DNA from: Phototrophicaceae bacterium
Lineage (GTDB): Bacteria; Chloroflexota; Anaerolineae; Aggregatilineales; Phototrophicaceae
NCBI GenBank assembly: GCA_965200325.1
Contig: OZ241335.1
Span: forward strand, 2,845,135-2,909,134
Direction of reading: 5' to 3'
Length of the DNA: 64,000 bases
Below are positions 43,612-52,795 of the stretch, in pieces. Positions within the stretch are counted from its first letter, which is position 1; every line of letters begins with the position of its first letter. The notes under the pieces were generated by a model. That model searched no databases. It was not told the origin of the DNA and saw only the letters and a program-made list of their open reading frames with translations. Made by a program: the position numbers and the translations under genes.

Positions 43612-43666
43612 CTATTGCCTGCTCCTGAGTAGGACAAATTAAATTTAGCGGCTGTTGCGGCGCTGC

Positions 43667-44749
43667 TTAGTTATTTTCGAGAAAAGCCGCCAGCGGTTCT
43701 GGCACTTCTTCCCCGCGCAGCTCATAGACCTCGGCCGTAGCGTGCATGGCTTCTTCGATGATTTTTGCATCCAGCGGCACAAAGAGGGCCGCCGCGCCCA
43801 CCGCCAGCAAGACCGCCGCCGTCACCGTGCAGAAAGCGACCGATGTGCGCCGGGCGAAAGAATTGCTGCTGGTATAATCGGTCAAGACATAGCGCAGGCC
43901 ATTGAAGCCGTGCAGAACCACCAGCACTAGCAAGAACAAATCATAGACGCGCCAGACAAAGACGCCGCCGGCGGCATAAGACCAGCGATGAAAGACAAAC
44001 TCGACCGCGCTTGGCACGACGCCGATAGTGCCATTGCTTTGCAGCGTGCCGACGACTCCCTGCGCGGCGGTGATGTCAAAGACGCCTTGCACCACATGCA
44101 TCAAGGCTAAATGCCCGAAGACCAGCGGCAGGATGAGCAAGCCGCTCACCCGCATGAAAGCCCACCAGAAGCGCTCGACTGGGCTGGCCTGCGGCGCTCG
44201 GCCGGCCGCTTCGCTGCCGCGGATGACGCTATAGAGCGCCGCCAGCACAATCGCCGCCGCCAAGACGCCAACAAAACCAGCGATAAAGGGCAACTGCTCT
44301 AAAATCGAGAAGACGATGACATCCATAAATTTGTCGCCGGCGATAGCATTTTCAGCCACATAAAAATCGACCACATGGCCCAGCATGCCGACGAAGACCG
44401 GCGCCAGCAGCGCGACAGTGAGAATTAGCACGGCAACCGCCGCCCGCGCCTGATAGCGCCATAAAGCCGGCTTATAATCAAAGATGATGATGCGCAAGCC
44501 ATTAAAAGCGTGGTAGACCACCGCGAAGACCAAGCCAAATTCGCCGATAGTAAAAATCGGCGATTGATAGGCGGCAATCGCCTTGACATAGCGATCAGGA
44601 TAAAACACCGCCCAAGAAGTATCGACGACATGCAGCGCCAGGAAAAGCACGACGCCAACGCCGGTCAAGCGATGCAAGACCCAGCTCCACTGCCCGATGG
44701 CGCCGCGATAGCGCAAAGTTTCTCTCACAGTCAAAACAAGAGAAGTCAC
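43667..44749 (-). CDS. sdhC: Succinate dehydrogenase membrane anchor, apparent fused SdhC-SdhD-type cytochrome b
   Basis: 360 aa, GTG start. The N-terminal half carries HRLTGVGV...YHAFNGLRIIIFDY. The C-terminal half repeats the pattern (FGHLALMH...LHGFNGLRYVLTDY). Confidence 0.65.
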   Translation of the reverse strand: MTSLVLTVRETLRYRGAIGQWSWVLHRLTGVGVVLFLALHVVDTSWAVFYPDRYVKAIAAYQSPIFTIGEFGLVFAVVYHAFNGLRIIIFDYKPALWRYQARAAVAVLILTVALLAPVFVGMLGHVVDFYVAENAIAGDKFMDVIVFSILEQLPFIAGFVGVLAAAIVLAALYSVIRGSEAAGRAPQASPVERFWWAFMRVSGLLILPLVFGHLALMHVVQGVFDITAAQGVVGTLQSNGTIGVVPSAVEFVFHRWSYAAGGVFVWRVYDLFLLVLVVLHGFNGLRYVLTDYTSSNSFARRTSVAFCTVTAAVLLAVGAAALFVPLDAKIIEEAMHATAEVYELRGEEVPEPLAAFLENN

Positions 44750-44784
44750 TGAATAGCCTTTCTCCCTAGCAAGCCAGCGCGCAT

Positions 44785-44813
44785 ATTATAGCATAAGCGC
44801 TATAGAGCGCAAA
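44785..44813 (-). promoter_or_regulatory. Candidate extended -10 promoter for the sdh operon
   Basis: On the minus strand, TGCTATAAT (extended -10; TATAAT = 44790-44785) with a weak -35 TTTGCG/TTGCGC 16-17 nt upstream. About 36 nt before the sdhC GTG. Confidence 0.4.
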
Positions 44814-44896
44814 GACGGGCTTGCGCTGTGCAATGTGTCTTGACCGTCTTCGCAATATCTCGTAATCTTGGAAACGGAAAAAATTAGGAGAGTCCG

Positions 44897-46567
44897 ATGG
44901 ATGTTCTAGCGTTTTTGGCTAATTTAGACGGTCTGAGTGTAGTGCTGGGCGTGGCTTTAGGCTTGCTGGGCGGTTATGTCATTGCCCGCCGGAACCAGAC
45001 CAATATGCAGACTATACGCACCAAGATGCAGCAGCAGAGCAGCGACTTGGACAACAAAAAAGAGCTTATCGACCAGCAATTGCAGCAAATAAACGCGACC
45101 TTAAAAGAAGTGCCAAACCAGCTAGAAAACAATCAAGGCAGGGTCTCGGAAGTTTTGCAGCAATCGGCGCAGAGCCTGCGGCAGTCCAATCAAGATTTTC
45201 TCAATCAGCTGAATGAAAAATCGGAAGCGCAGACGAAGGCGCATATCGCCGAACTCGAAGCGAAGAAAAAGCTCATCGACCAGCAGCTGCAGCAGATGGC
45301 GGAGACATTGAAGACCGTGCCAAGCGAGCTGGACAAGAACCAGCAAAATGTGAGCCAGATTATTGAGAAATCGACTAAGAGCCTCGAAAAAGCGAACATA
45401 GCGCACCTGACGCAGTTGCAAGAGCGCTCTGACAATCAGACGAAGGCGCATATCGCCGAACTCGAAGCGAAGAAAAAGCTCATCGACCAGCAGCTGCAAC
45501 AGATGGCGGAGGTATTGAAGACCGTGCCAGCCGAGCTGGACAAGAACCAAAACAAAGTCAACCAAGCGCTAGACAAATCCACCGAAAATTTGCGCGTATC
45601 CAACCAAAACTTTTTGAATCAACTGACGGAAAAAGCTGAGGCTCAGACGAAAGAACACAGCCAGGAACTGGAAGGCAAAAAAGAACTCATCGACCAGCGG
45701 CTAAATACTTTGGATGTGAAACTGGGCAAGGTGGAGCAGTTGGTGCAAGAATTGCAAACTGACCGCAAGGCGCAGTACGGCGCGCTGGGACAACAGCTGC
45801 AAAGTTTAACGCAAACCACTTCTGCGCTGCAAAAAGCCTTAGCTGATAACCAGGCGCGCGGCCAGTGGGGCGAGCGGATTGTGGAAGCGATTCTTGGTCA
45901 CCTCGGCTTCACCGAAGGCATCAATTTTCATAGGCAGTTGACCACAGAAGACAATTCGCGCCCCGATTATACCTTTGCCCTGCCAAATCGGATGACGCTC
46001 AACATGGATGTCAAATTTCCGCTGGATAATTATTTGCGCTATACAGAAGCGCAAAACGAAACGGAGCGGCGCAGCTTTAGCGACAAATTTTTGCGCGATG
46101 TGAATTCGCGTGTTGCAGAGATTCAAAAGCGCGGCTATATCAGCGCGGAAACGATTAACTGTGTGCTGATATTCATTCCAAACGAACAGGTTTACCGCTT
46201 CATCCACGAACAAGACCACAGCATTATCGATACGGCTTTGCAACAGAAAGTCATCTTATGCTCGCCCTTGACCCTGTATGTCGTGCTGGCGGTCATTTGG
46301 CAGGCTTCGCAAAACTTCAACATTGAAATTCGCTCGCGTGAGATTGTCAAAGAGGTCAATGACATCCGCCGCGAATGGGATAAGTACACCGGGCAAATGG
46401 ACAAGCTCGGTCGCGCCATCGAATCATCGCAAAAGGCTTACACGGTACTGACAACAACCCGAGAACGGGTAATGGGGCGCAAGTTTGCCAAGGTAGAGGG
46501 ACTGCTAGAAAGCAGCGACTCTAACGGGGACTTTCAGTTACCGCAGCTTGCAGAAAAAAATCCTTAG
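44897..46567 (+). CDS. rmuC: DNA recombination protein RmuC with expanded repetitive coiled-coil N-terminal region
   Basis: 556 aa. N-terminal TM, about 300 aa of 69-aa coiled-coil repeats, and a C-terminal RmuC nuclease-like core (RPDYTFALPNRMTLNMDVKFPLDNY). Confidence 0.85.
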   Translation: MDVLAFLANLDGLSVVLGVALGLLGGYVIARRNQTNMQTIRTKMQQQSSDLDNKKELIDQQLQQINATLKEVPNQLENNQGRVSEVLQQSAQSLRQSNQDFLNQLNEKSEAQTKAHIAELEAKKKLIDQQLQQMAETLKTVPSELDKNQQNVSQIIEKSTKSLEKANIAHLTQLQERSDNQTKAHIAELEAKKKLIDQQLQQMAEVLKTVPAELDKNQNKVNQALDKSTENLRVSNQNFLNQLTEKAEAQTKEHSQELEGKKELIDQRLNTLDVKLGKVEQLVQELQTDRKAQYGALGQQLQSLTQTTSALQKALADNQARGQWGERIVEAILGHLGFTEGINFHRQLTTEDNSRPDYTFALPNRMTLNMDVKFPLDNYLRYTEAQNETERRSFSDKFLRDVNSRVAEIQKRGYISAETINCVLIFIPNEQVYRFIHEQDHSIIDTALQQKVILCSPLTLYVVLAVIWQASQNFNIEIRSREIVKEVNDIRREWDKYTGQMDKLGRAIESSQKAYTVLTTTRERVMGRKFAKVEGLLESSDSNGDFQLPQLAEKNP

Positions 46568-47577
46568 ATTTTCGTTTCAGCCAGCAAGTCCAAGAGCGTC
46601 GCCGCAATCAAATCGGGGTTGTGGCGGATGGTATCTTGCTTTTGCCAGAGAGCCCGCTTGCCCGACTGCGTATCAGCCACATCCGCCAGCACGGGCTTGA
46701 CATTCATAGTCTTGATTTTGTGGATTTCCTGCGGCGTCGGCAGCAGCACATTCACCCGCTCACGGGCATACAGCTCTAGCAGGTCCGCGCTGGGCGGCGA
46801 CGCGTTCAGCACGACATAATCCAAGATGCCAAGACCCAAGTAGGAAACGACCTGCTGCACATGGTCGGACAGCGAATAATCATCGGTTTGACCCGGCTGC
46901 GTCGTCGTATTGCAGACATAGACCTTGAGCGCCTTAGAATCGCGGATGGCTTGGGAAATCTCTTTGAAAGCGAGGCAGGCGATGACAGTCGTGAAGAGGC
47001 TGCCGGGCCCGATGGTGATGAGGTCGGCTTCACGCAGGGCGTCGATGCAAGGGGCATAAACATTCGCTTCAGGATTTTGCACAAAGATGCGCTTAATCGC
47101 CGCTTTGTCTAATTGCCGCACATTCAATTCTTGCTCGACAATCGTGCCATCCATCAGCTCGGCGCAGATATGCGTATTCTCTTCCGTGACCGGGTAGATA
47201 TTCGCCTGCACATCCAAGAAGTCGCTTATCTGCTCGATGGCTAAAACGAAGCTGTCCGACATCTGGGTCAGGGCGGCGATGAAGAGATTGCCAAAAGCCA
47301 TGCCATCGAGCTTAGGATCGCCGGGCGCAACGATGCGATGCTGCATCACCCGCGTCAAGAGCGAATCTTCGCTGAGCGCGAGGGTGGCTAGGGCATTGCG
47401 AATATCGCCAGGCGCTGGGATTTGGGCAAATTCACGCACGATGCCGGTGCTGCGGCCCGTATCAGTTACGGCGATGATGCCAGTTAAATGCTGCGTGTGG
47501 CGCTGCAAGCCGCGCATGACCTGCACTGCGCCCAAACCACCGCCGATAGATACGACTTTGAAGCCATTTTTGCCCAT
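46564..47577 (-). CDS. yvcK: YvcK/CofD-family gluconeogenesis factor
   Basis: 337 aa. N-terminal VVSIGGGLGAVQVMRGL and overall CofD/YvcK pattern. Confidence 0.75.
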   Translation of the reverse strand: MGKNGFKVVSIGGGLGAVQVMRGLQRHTQHLTGIIAVTDTGRSTGIVREFAQIPAPGDIRNALATLALSEDSLLTRVMQHRIVAPGDPKLDGMAFGNLFIAALTQMSDSFVLAIEQISDFLDVQANIYPVTEENTHICAELMDGTIVEQELNVRQLDKAAIKRIFVQNPEANVYAPCIDALREADLITIGPGSLFTTVIACLAFKEISQAIRDSKALKVYVCNTTTQPGQTDDYSLSDHVQQVVSYLGLGILDYVVLNASPPSADLLELYARERVNVLLPTPQEIHKIKTMNVKPVLADVADTQSGKRALWQKQDTIRHNPDLIAATLLDLLAETKI

Positions 47578-47711
47578 AGCTGCCTCGAAATGCGCTGCAA
47601 GATTGATTTAGTATAGCGCAGAATTGCGGCGGCGCTGGGCGCTAGCGCTGGCAAATTGTGCATTTTATGCCATCATAAGCGGTATCAAGAAATCGTCAGC
47701 CGAGCCGCGCT

Positions 47712-49034
47712 ATGCCCGCTTCCGCTAGGGAAAAGCTATTTTTCTGCGCCATCTTGCTTGCTTATTTGCTAGTCGGCGCGCTCTTCGCTATATACACCCC
47801 GGCTTGGCAAGCGCCTGATGAGCCGGCGCATTACAACTATATTCGGCAGGTGGCGGAGACTGGCTGCTGCCCGCGTATAGAAACCGGCGATTGGGACAGC
47901 GCTTACCTGGCGCAGCTGACAACACACAAGTTTGCCGCAGACTATCTCGCTAATATCGAAACGATTCAATACGAAGACCATCACCCGCCGCTGTATTATT
48001 TGCTGGCGGCGCTCGTTTATAAGCTCCAGCCCGAAAACTTGACCGCGCTGCGGCTCTTCTCCGTCTTGCTGGGGGCTGGTGGTGTCGCACTAAGCTATGC
48101 CATCGGCCGCCGCCTTGCGCCGGCGCAGCCCCAGATTGCGCTGGGGCTCATGGCTTTGGTCGCTTTTTTGCCCCAGCATATCAGCATGCTCAGCGCAGTC
48201 AACAACGACGCGCTGGCGGAATTGCTGGTGGCACTGGCTCTGCTCTGGCTGCTGCGCTATTACCAGACGGGCGCTGGGCGGCTCTGGCAGCTGGGGCTGA
48301 TTGTCGGGCTGGCGCTGCTGACCAAGCTCACCATCTATTTTTTGGCGCCCTTAGCCCTGCTGACAATTTGGCTGCGGTGGCGGGCTGACGGCGGCGCGGG
48401 CGAGGATTTGGCGCGGGCATTTAGCGTTTTCCTGCTAGTCGCGCTGCTTATCGGCGGCTTGTGGTGGCTGCGCAATATAAGCGTCTACGGCGGCGTCGAT
48501 TTTTTCGGTCTAGGCGCGCATGACCGGGTCGTTGCCGACCAGCCGCGCAGCGCCGATTACATCGCCCAAGAGGGCGGGATGGCATATTTGAGCGGGCTGC
48601 TGCAAAGGACCTTCAAGAGTTTTTGGGGGCAGTTTGGCTGGATGGCTCTGCCGCTGGATGGTGTACTAGGCGGCTGGCTCTATCGCGGCTTCGCTTTATT
48701 CACGCTGGCCGGGCTGGCCGGCGCCTGGCTCGCTAGCCGCCGATCTTCACTTCCATCAGCGGTTTGGCTGCTGCTCTTGACGGTGCCGCTGCTGGTTCTC
48801 TTGCAATTTGCCTATTACAACCTGGAATTTGTGCAGTGGCAGGGGCGCTATCTTTTCCCGGCTCTGATTCCGATCACTTTCCTGCTGGTTTATGGCAGCG
48901 ATTATTGGCGGGAGATTCTCTTGGGCCGCTGGCGCGGCGCGCGCTGGCTGACGGCGCTGACGCCGCTCAGCCTGGCGGCGCTGGATGTCTATCTGCTGTT
49001 TTGGGTTATCGTGCCAGGACTGTCGCCCGATTAA
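47712..49034 (+). CDS. GT39/ArnT-like membrane glycosyltransferase
   Basis: 440 aa polytopic protein. First-loop motif WQAPDEPAHYNYI is typical of GT-C (family 39/83) enzymes. Confidence 0.65.
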   Translation: MPASAREKLFFCAILLAYLLVGALFAIYTPAWQAPDEPAHYNYIRQVAETGCCPRIETGDWDSAYLAQLTTHKFAADYLANIETIQYEDHHPPLYYLLAALVYKLQPENLTALRLFSVLLGAGGVALSYAIGRRLAPAQPQIALGLMALVAFLPQHISMLSAVNNDALAELLVALALLWLLRYYQTGAGRLWQLGLIVGLALLTKLTIYFLAPLALLTIWLRWRADGGAGEDLARAFSVFLLVALLIGGLWWLRNISVYGGVDFFGLGAHDRVVADQPRSADYIAQEGGMAYLSGLLQRTFKSFWGQFGWMALPLDGVLGGWLYRGFALFTLAGLAGAWLASRRSSLPSAVWLLLLTVPLLVLLQFAYYNLEFVQWQGRYLFPALIPITFLLVYGSDYWREILLGRWRGARWLTALTPLSLAALDVYLLFWVIVPGLSPD

Positions 49035-49036
49035 GC

Positions 49037-49600
49037 CTATTTGCTGACACGGGTTACATAAGCCCTTTCTTCGATATTGACTTTGACCACATCGCCGACA
49101 TTGATGAACATAGGCGCGCTGACTTCAAAGCCGCTTTCCAGCTTGATTTTCTTGGTCGGGCTATTTGCCGTGTCACCAGCGATGGCCGCTTCCACTTCAA
49201 TCACTTTGTATTCCATCGTCTTGGGCAGCTCATAATCGATAATCTCGCCCGCATAGCTCAGCAGTTTGATTTCCATGCTGTCTTTGATGTATTTGAGGTC
49301 GTCGCCGAAGATGGCGCGGTTGAGCTGGGGCTGCTCGTAGGTTTCGGTGTTCATAAAGGTGACGAAGTCTTCATCGGCATACAGATATTCGACCTTGTTC
49401 GCCTCGACACGGATGTCTTCAACGCGCTCGCCTGAGTTGAAGGTCATCTCGAAGGTGGCGCCGCTGCGCAGGTCGCGCACGGTGACGCGGATGGTGGCTT
49501 TGCCGCGGCCGGGTTTATGATGGCGGTATTCCAGCACGCGGTAGAGGTTGCTATTTTGCGTAAAGGTTGTGCCTTTGCGCAGTTGATTGACATCAATCAT
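49037..49600 (-). CDS. efp: Translation elongation factor P
   Basis: 187 aa with the typical N-terminus and HHKPGRGKA loop. Confidence 0.9.
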   Translation of the reverse strand: MIDVNQLRKGTTFTQNSNLYRVLEYRHHKPGRGKATIRVTVRDLRSGATFEMTFNSGERVEDIRVEANKVEYLYADEDFVTFMNTETYEQPQLNRAIFGDDLKYIKDSMEIKLLSYAGEIIDYELPKTMEYKVIEVEAAIAGDTANSPTKKIKLESGFEVSAPMFINVGDVVKVNIEERAYVTRVSK

Positions 49601-49677
49601 CTTGCTTCTTGCCTCAAATTTCTCTAGGTTTTCGCTCGCGGCTTGCAGTGTAACAGAAAGCGCGGGCGCTGCGTAGC

Positions 49678-50064
49678 TTAGGCTGGCAGCAACGCCACCG
49701 CTTCAATCTCGACCAGAGCGCCGACGGGCAAGCCGCCCGCCTGGACTGTCGAGCGGGCCGGCGGATTTTGCGGGAAAAATTCGCTATAGACGGCGTTGAA
49801 TTCGGCGAAGTCATTGATGTCGGCTAAAAAGACGGTGGTCTTGACAACCTGGTCGAGGCTGCTGCCAGCTGCTTCTAAGATAGCTTTGATATTTTGCAGC
49901 GATTGCCGCGTCTGCGCTTGCACGCCGCCTTCGCGCAGGGTCTTTGTGCCGGGGATGAGCGGAATCTGCCCGGCGGTGAAGATAAAACCGTTGGCGATGA
50001 TGCCTTGCGAGTAAGCGCCGACGGCGGCCGGCGCCTCTTGGGTTGAGATGACTTGTTTAGACAT
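49678..50064 (-). CDS. ridA: RidA/YjgF family reactive-intermediate deaminase
   Basis: Start trimmed to ATG 50064 (MSKQVISTQEAPAAVGAYSQGI). 128 aa, typical RidA. Confidence 0.85.
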   Translation of the reverse strand: MSKQVISTQEAPAAVGAYSQGIIANGFIFTAGQIPLIPGTKTLREGGVQAQTRQSLQNIKAILEAAGSSLDQVVKTTVFLADINDFAEFNAVYSEFFPQNPPARSTVQAGGLPVGALVEIEAVALLPA

Positions 50065-50092
50065 TCTGCTTTTCCTATATATTGCGCTTGCC

Positions 50093-50259
50093 GAGTAGAG
50101 CAAACTAAATTCTGCAAGTTTTATGTCTTCGTTTCAAGCCCACGATTGGCGCTCTCTCTCCGAAGCTTTGGGGCGCGTAGACACTGCCCTACGGGAGGGG
50201 CGGGGGTGAGGTTGAAAAATTGCGCCGCCCTTTTTTGCATAATTAAATTTGAATTACTC
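50093..50259. repeat. MITE/REP-like element, copy H
   Basis: GAGTAGAGCAAACTAAATTCTGCAAGTTTTATGTCTTCGTTTCAAGCCCAC ... CTCCGAAGCTTTGGGGCGCGTAGACACTGCCCTACGGGAGGGGCGGGGGTGAGGTTGAAAAA ... TTTTTTGCATAATTAAATTTGAATTACTC. Confidence 0.8.
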
Positions 50260-50299
50260 GGCTTTCATTCTACTAGCAATTTTGACGCCGGCATAGAGC

Positions 50300-51595
50300 C
50301 TAAGCGCGGCGGCCATGGCAGCGCTTGAATTTCTTGCCGCTGCCGCAGGGGCAAGGGTCATTGCGCCCGGCCCGAGCAAAAGCCCGTTCCAATTCAGCAT
50401 CATAGCGCGCCATTTGCAGCATCACATTGGCTGGCGGACGCCGCCCGGCCAGCTCCTGCGCCATAAATTGCATGGTCGGCCGCACATGGTTAAAGAAAGC
50501 ACGATAGCCAGCGCAAAGATAATTCAAGCCCGCTTCGCCGGTCGGCGTTTTGATAAAGCGATTCTTGGGGCAGCCGCCGTTGCAGACAAAGCGCACCTCG
50601 CAATCCAAGCAATATTGCGGCAGCGTATCGCGCTTAGCCTGGCCAAAGGCCCGCTGCTTGTCCAGCACCACGATTTCGCTCAGCGGAATATCCTTGATAT
50701 TGCCGAGCCTATAAGCAGGCTCGACATAATGATCGCAGGAATAGACATCGCCATTGTGTTCCATAGCCATAGCCAGGCCGCAGGTCTCATCAAAGACGCA
50801 GAGGCCAGGCGGCGCGCCCGTCCAAGCGGCCAGCGCAATATCAAATATCTGCACGAAGACGCGCCCGACATCCTGCCGCACCCATTCTTCATACATATCG
50901 ATGAGAAACTGCCCATAGCCGACGGCGCTGATGGAGCGCTCGGTAACTTTGTCGCCTTCTTGATAGCCGGTGTCATTATCGCGCTCGACGATGGGGATGA
51001 ATTGCATGAATTGCGTGCCGATTTCGTCGCGCAGGAATTGGTAGACGCGCTTGCCCTGCCCTTCGTTGGCGGCATGCACTGTCGTCAAAATGTTGAACTC
51101 GGCCTTATGCTTTTGCAGCAGGCGCAAGCCCTTCATCACGCGCTGGAAGGTGGGCTGGCCGCCTTTGTCGACGCGGTAGAAGTCGTGTACATCCTGGGGC
51201 CCGTCCAGGCTGAGGCCAATGAGAAAATCGTTGCGGGCGAAGAACTGGCACCAGTCATCATCGAGGGTAACGCCATTGGTTTGCAGGGCGTTGGTGATGC
51301 GCATGCCGGGGCGCTTGTGCTTCTGTTGATAGCGCACCGCTTGGCGGAAAAAATCTAAGCCCATCAAGGTCGGCTCGCCACCTTGCCAGGCGAAATTTAT
51401 CTCGCTCACCTGCTGCGCCTCGATGTATTGGCGGGTGTATTCTTCGAGCAAAGTCTCGGACATGCGGAACTTGCTATTGGGATAGAGCTTCTCTTTGGAG
51501 AGGAAATAGCAGTATTTGCAATCGAGGTTGCAGATGGCGCCGCGAGGCTTGGTCATCAGGTGAAAGGCGGTGGGACGGTCGGCAGTAATTTGCAT
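50300..51595 (-). CDS. Anaerobic sulfatase-maturating enzyme (radical SAM/SPASM) with C-terminal SEC-C motif
   Basis: 431 aa. CNLDCKYC radical-SAM cluster, SPASM Cys motifs (CLDCEVRFVCNGGCPKNR), and a C-terminal DPCPCGSGKKFKRCHG SEC-C zinc motif. Confidence 0.8.
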   Translation of the reverse strand: MQITADRPTAFHLMTKPRGAICNLDCKYCYFLSKEKLYPNSKFRMSETLLEEYTRQYIEAQQVSEINFAWQGGEPTLMGLDFFRQAVRYQQKHKRPGMRITNALQTNGVTLDDDWCQFFARNDFLIGLSLDGPQDVHDFYRVDKGGQPTFQRVMKGLRLLQKHKAEFNILTTVHAANEGQGKRVYQFLRDEIGTQFMQFIPIVERDNDTGYQEGDKVTERSISAVGYGQFLIDMYEEWVRQDVGRVFVQIFDIALAAWTGAPPGLCVFDETCGLAMAMEHNGDVYSCDHYVEPAYRLGNIKDIPLSEIVVLDKQRAFGQAKRDTLPQYCLDCEVRFVCNGGCPKNRFIKTPTGEAGLNYLCAGYRAFFNHVRPTMQFMAQELAGRRPPANVMLQMARYDAELERAFARAGRNDPCPCGSGKKFKRCHGRRA

Positions 51596-51689
51596 GGCAG
51601 TGAGTATAGCATATTTAGGGTGTTTTGGTGGGATTTAATTTTGTGTTAAACTTCGGCGCATATTGGCGTCTATTGGCAGGAAAAATGTC

Positions 51690-52746
51690 ATGAATCTGTT
51701 TGATGCTTTGAGCAAAATTTCCGATGACATAGATATGCAGCGGCATCTGATGACATCGGAAGCGGCGACCAAGATGGTCTCGGTGCGGCCATTTATCCGC
51801 GCCCTCGGCTATGATACGACCAACCTGGAAGAAGTGGAACCTGAGTATGGGGCGGACGCGAACATAAGCGGGCATGAGAAAGTGGATTATGCGATTAAGC
51901 GCGCTGGCAAACCTAATCATCTTGATTGAGGTCAAGTCAGCCGAAATCGCCTTGAATGATAAACACTGGAAGCAGCTGCATAATTATTTTGTCGCGCTGG
52001 ATGTCGAATTTGGCATTTTGACCAATGGCCTCGAATATCGCTTTTATACGGATATGTCTAAGAACCACATTATGGACAAAGAGCCTTTTCTCAGCCTGGA
52101 TATGCGCAAGCTCAATATGGCGACGGTGCAATTGCTGGGCGGCTTTACGCAAGCCCGCTATGACCCAGAGCGCACTGTGCGCAATATCAAAATTAGCAAG
52201 CGCTTGGAAGCAGAGCTAAACCAGCCCTCAGATGATTTTGTCAGGCATTTTGCCAAGCAGGTCCATGCGGGGTCGGTCTTTCAAAAGGTGATTCAAGAAT
52301 ACCGGCCCATCGTCAAGCGGGCTTGGAATGATTTGGTGGACCGCGAGATTGCGCGGCGCTTGGCGCGGCACGAGCAGGAGACTGTGCCAAGTCAAGAAAA
52401 AGAGCCTGAACCTGAACCAGAAATTGTCGAACCGCCAGCGCGCCTCTTTGAACTTGATGCGGCTAAGGGAATCCCCATATTTGCCAATTATAAGGGAAAT
52501 CCCCTGCAAGCCACGCTGCTGCTAAACGCGGAGACGCCAAAAAAATCAAAAATTCGATTTCGTGGGGAGGTATCGAGTATCTCTCCAGCCGCGTTACGCG
52601 CAATCAACACCGTAAACCCGCGTCTAAAAAATGCTCCAAATGGCTGGAGCTTCTGGAAATTGCGCGACCCTCAGGATGGCGAAGAGCGCAAAATTTCTGA
52701 TCTGCGGACGGACGCGGCGCTGGTTCTGCGCTTGCTTGAGGGATAA
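51690..52746 (+). pseudogene. HsdR_N-type PD-(D/E)xK nuclease-domain / DUF4357-like protein, paralogue 1 (frameshifted near 51909-51916)
   Basis: Frame 0: MNLFDALSKISDD...VDYAIKRAGKP, then a stop at 51927-51929. Frame +1 resumes (L)IILIEVKSAEIALNDKHWKQLHNYF...FGILTNGLEYRFY. Colinear with paralogue 2 throughout. Ends with a Pro/Glu linker and a SISPAALRAIN...NGWSFWKL domain. Confidence 0.7.
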
Positions 52747-52795
52747 GGCTGTTGTATTCTGGCGCATATTCGCTTCTAGTGGATGGAAAAACAGG

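Noticed and set aside
430-50259. Could the recurring GTTTCAACCCCAC / GTGGGGTTGAAA motifs be CRISPR repeats?
   Set aside because: Copies are dispersed one per locus, inverted within each element, and not separated by unique ~30-40 nt spacers in a tandem array. No cas genes are in the window.
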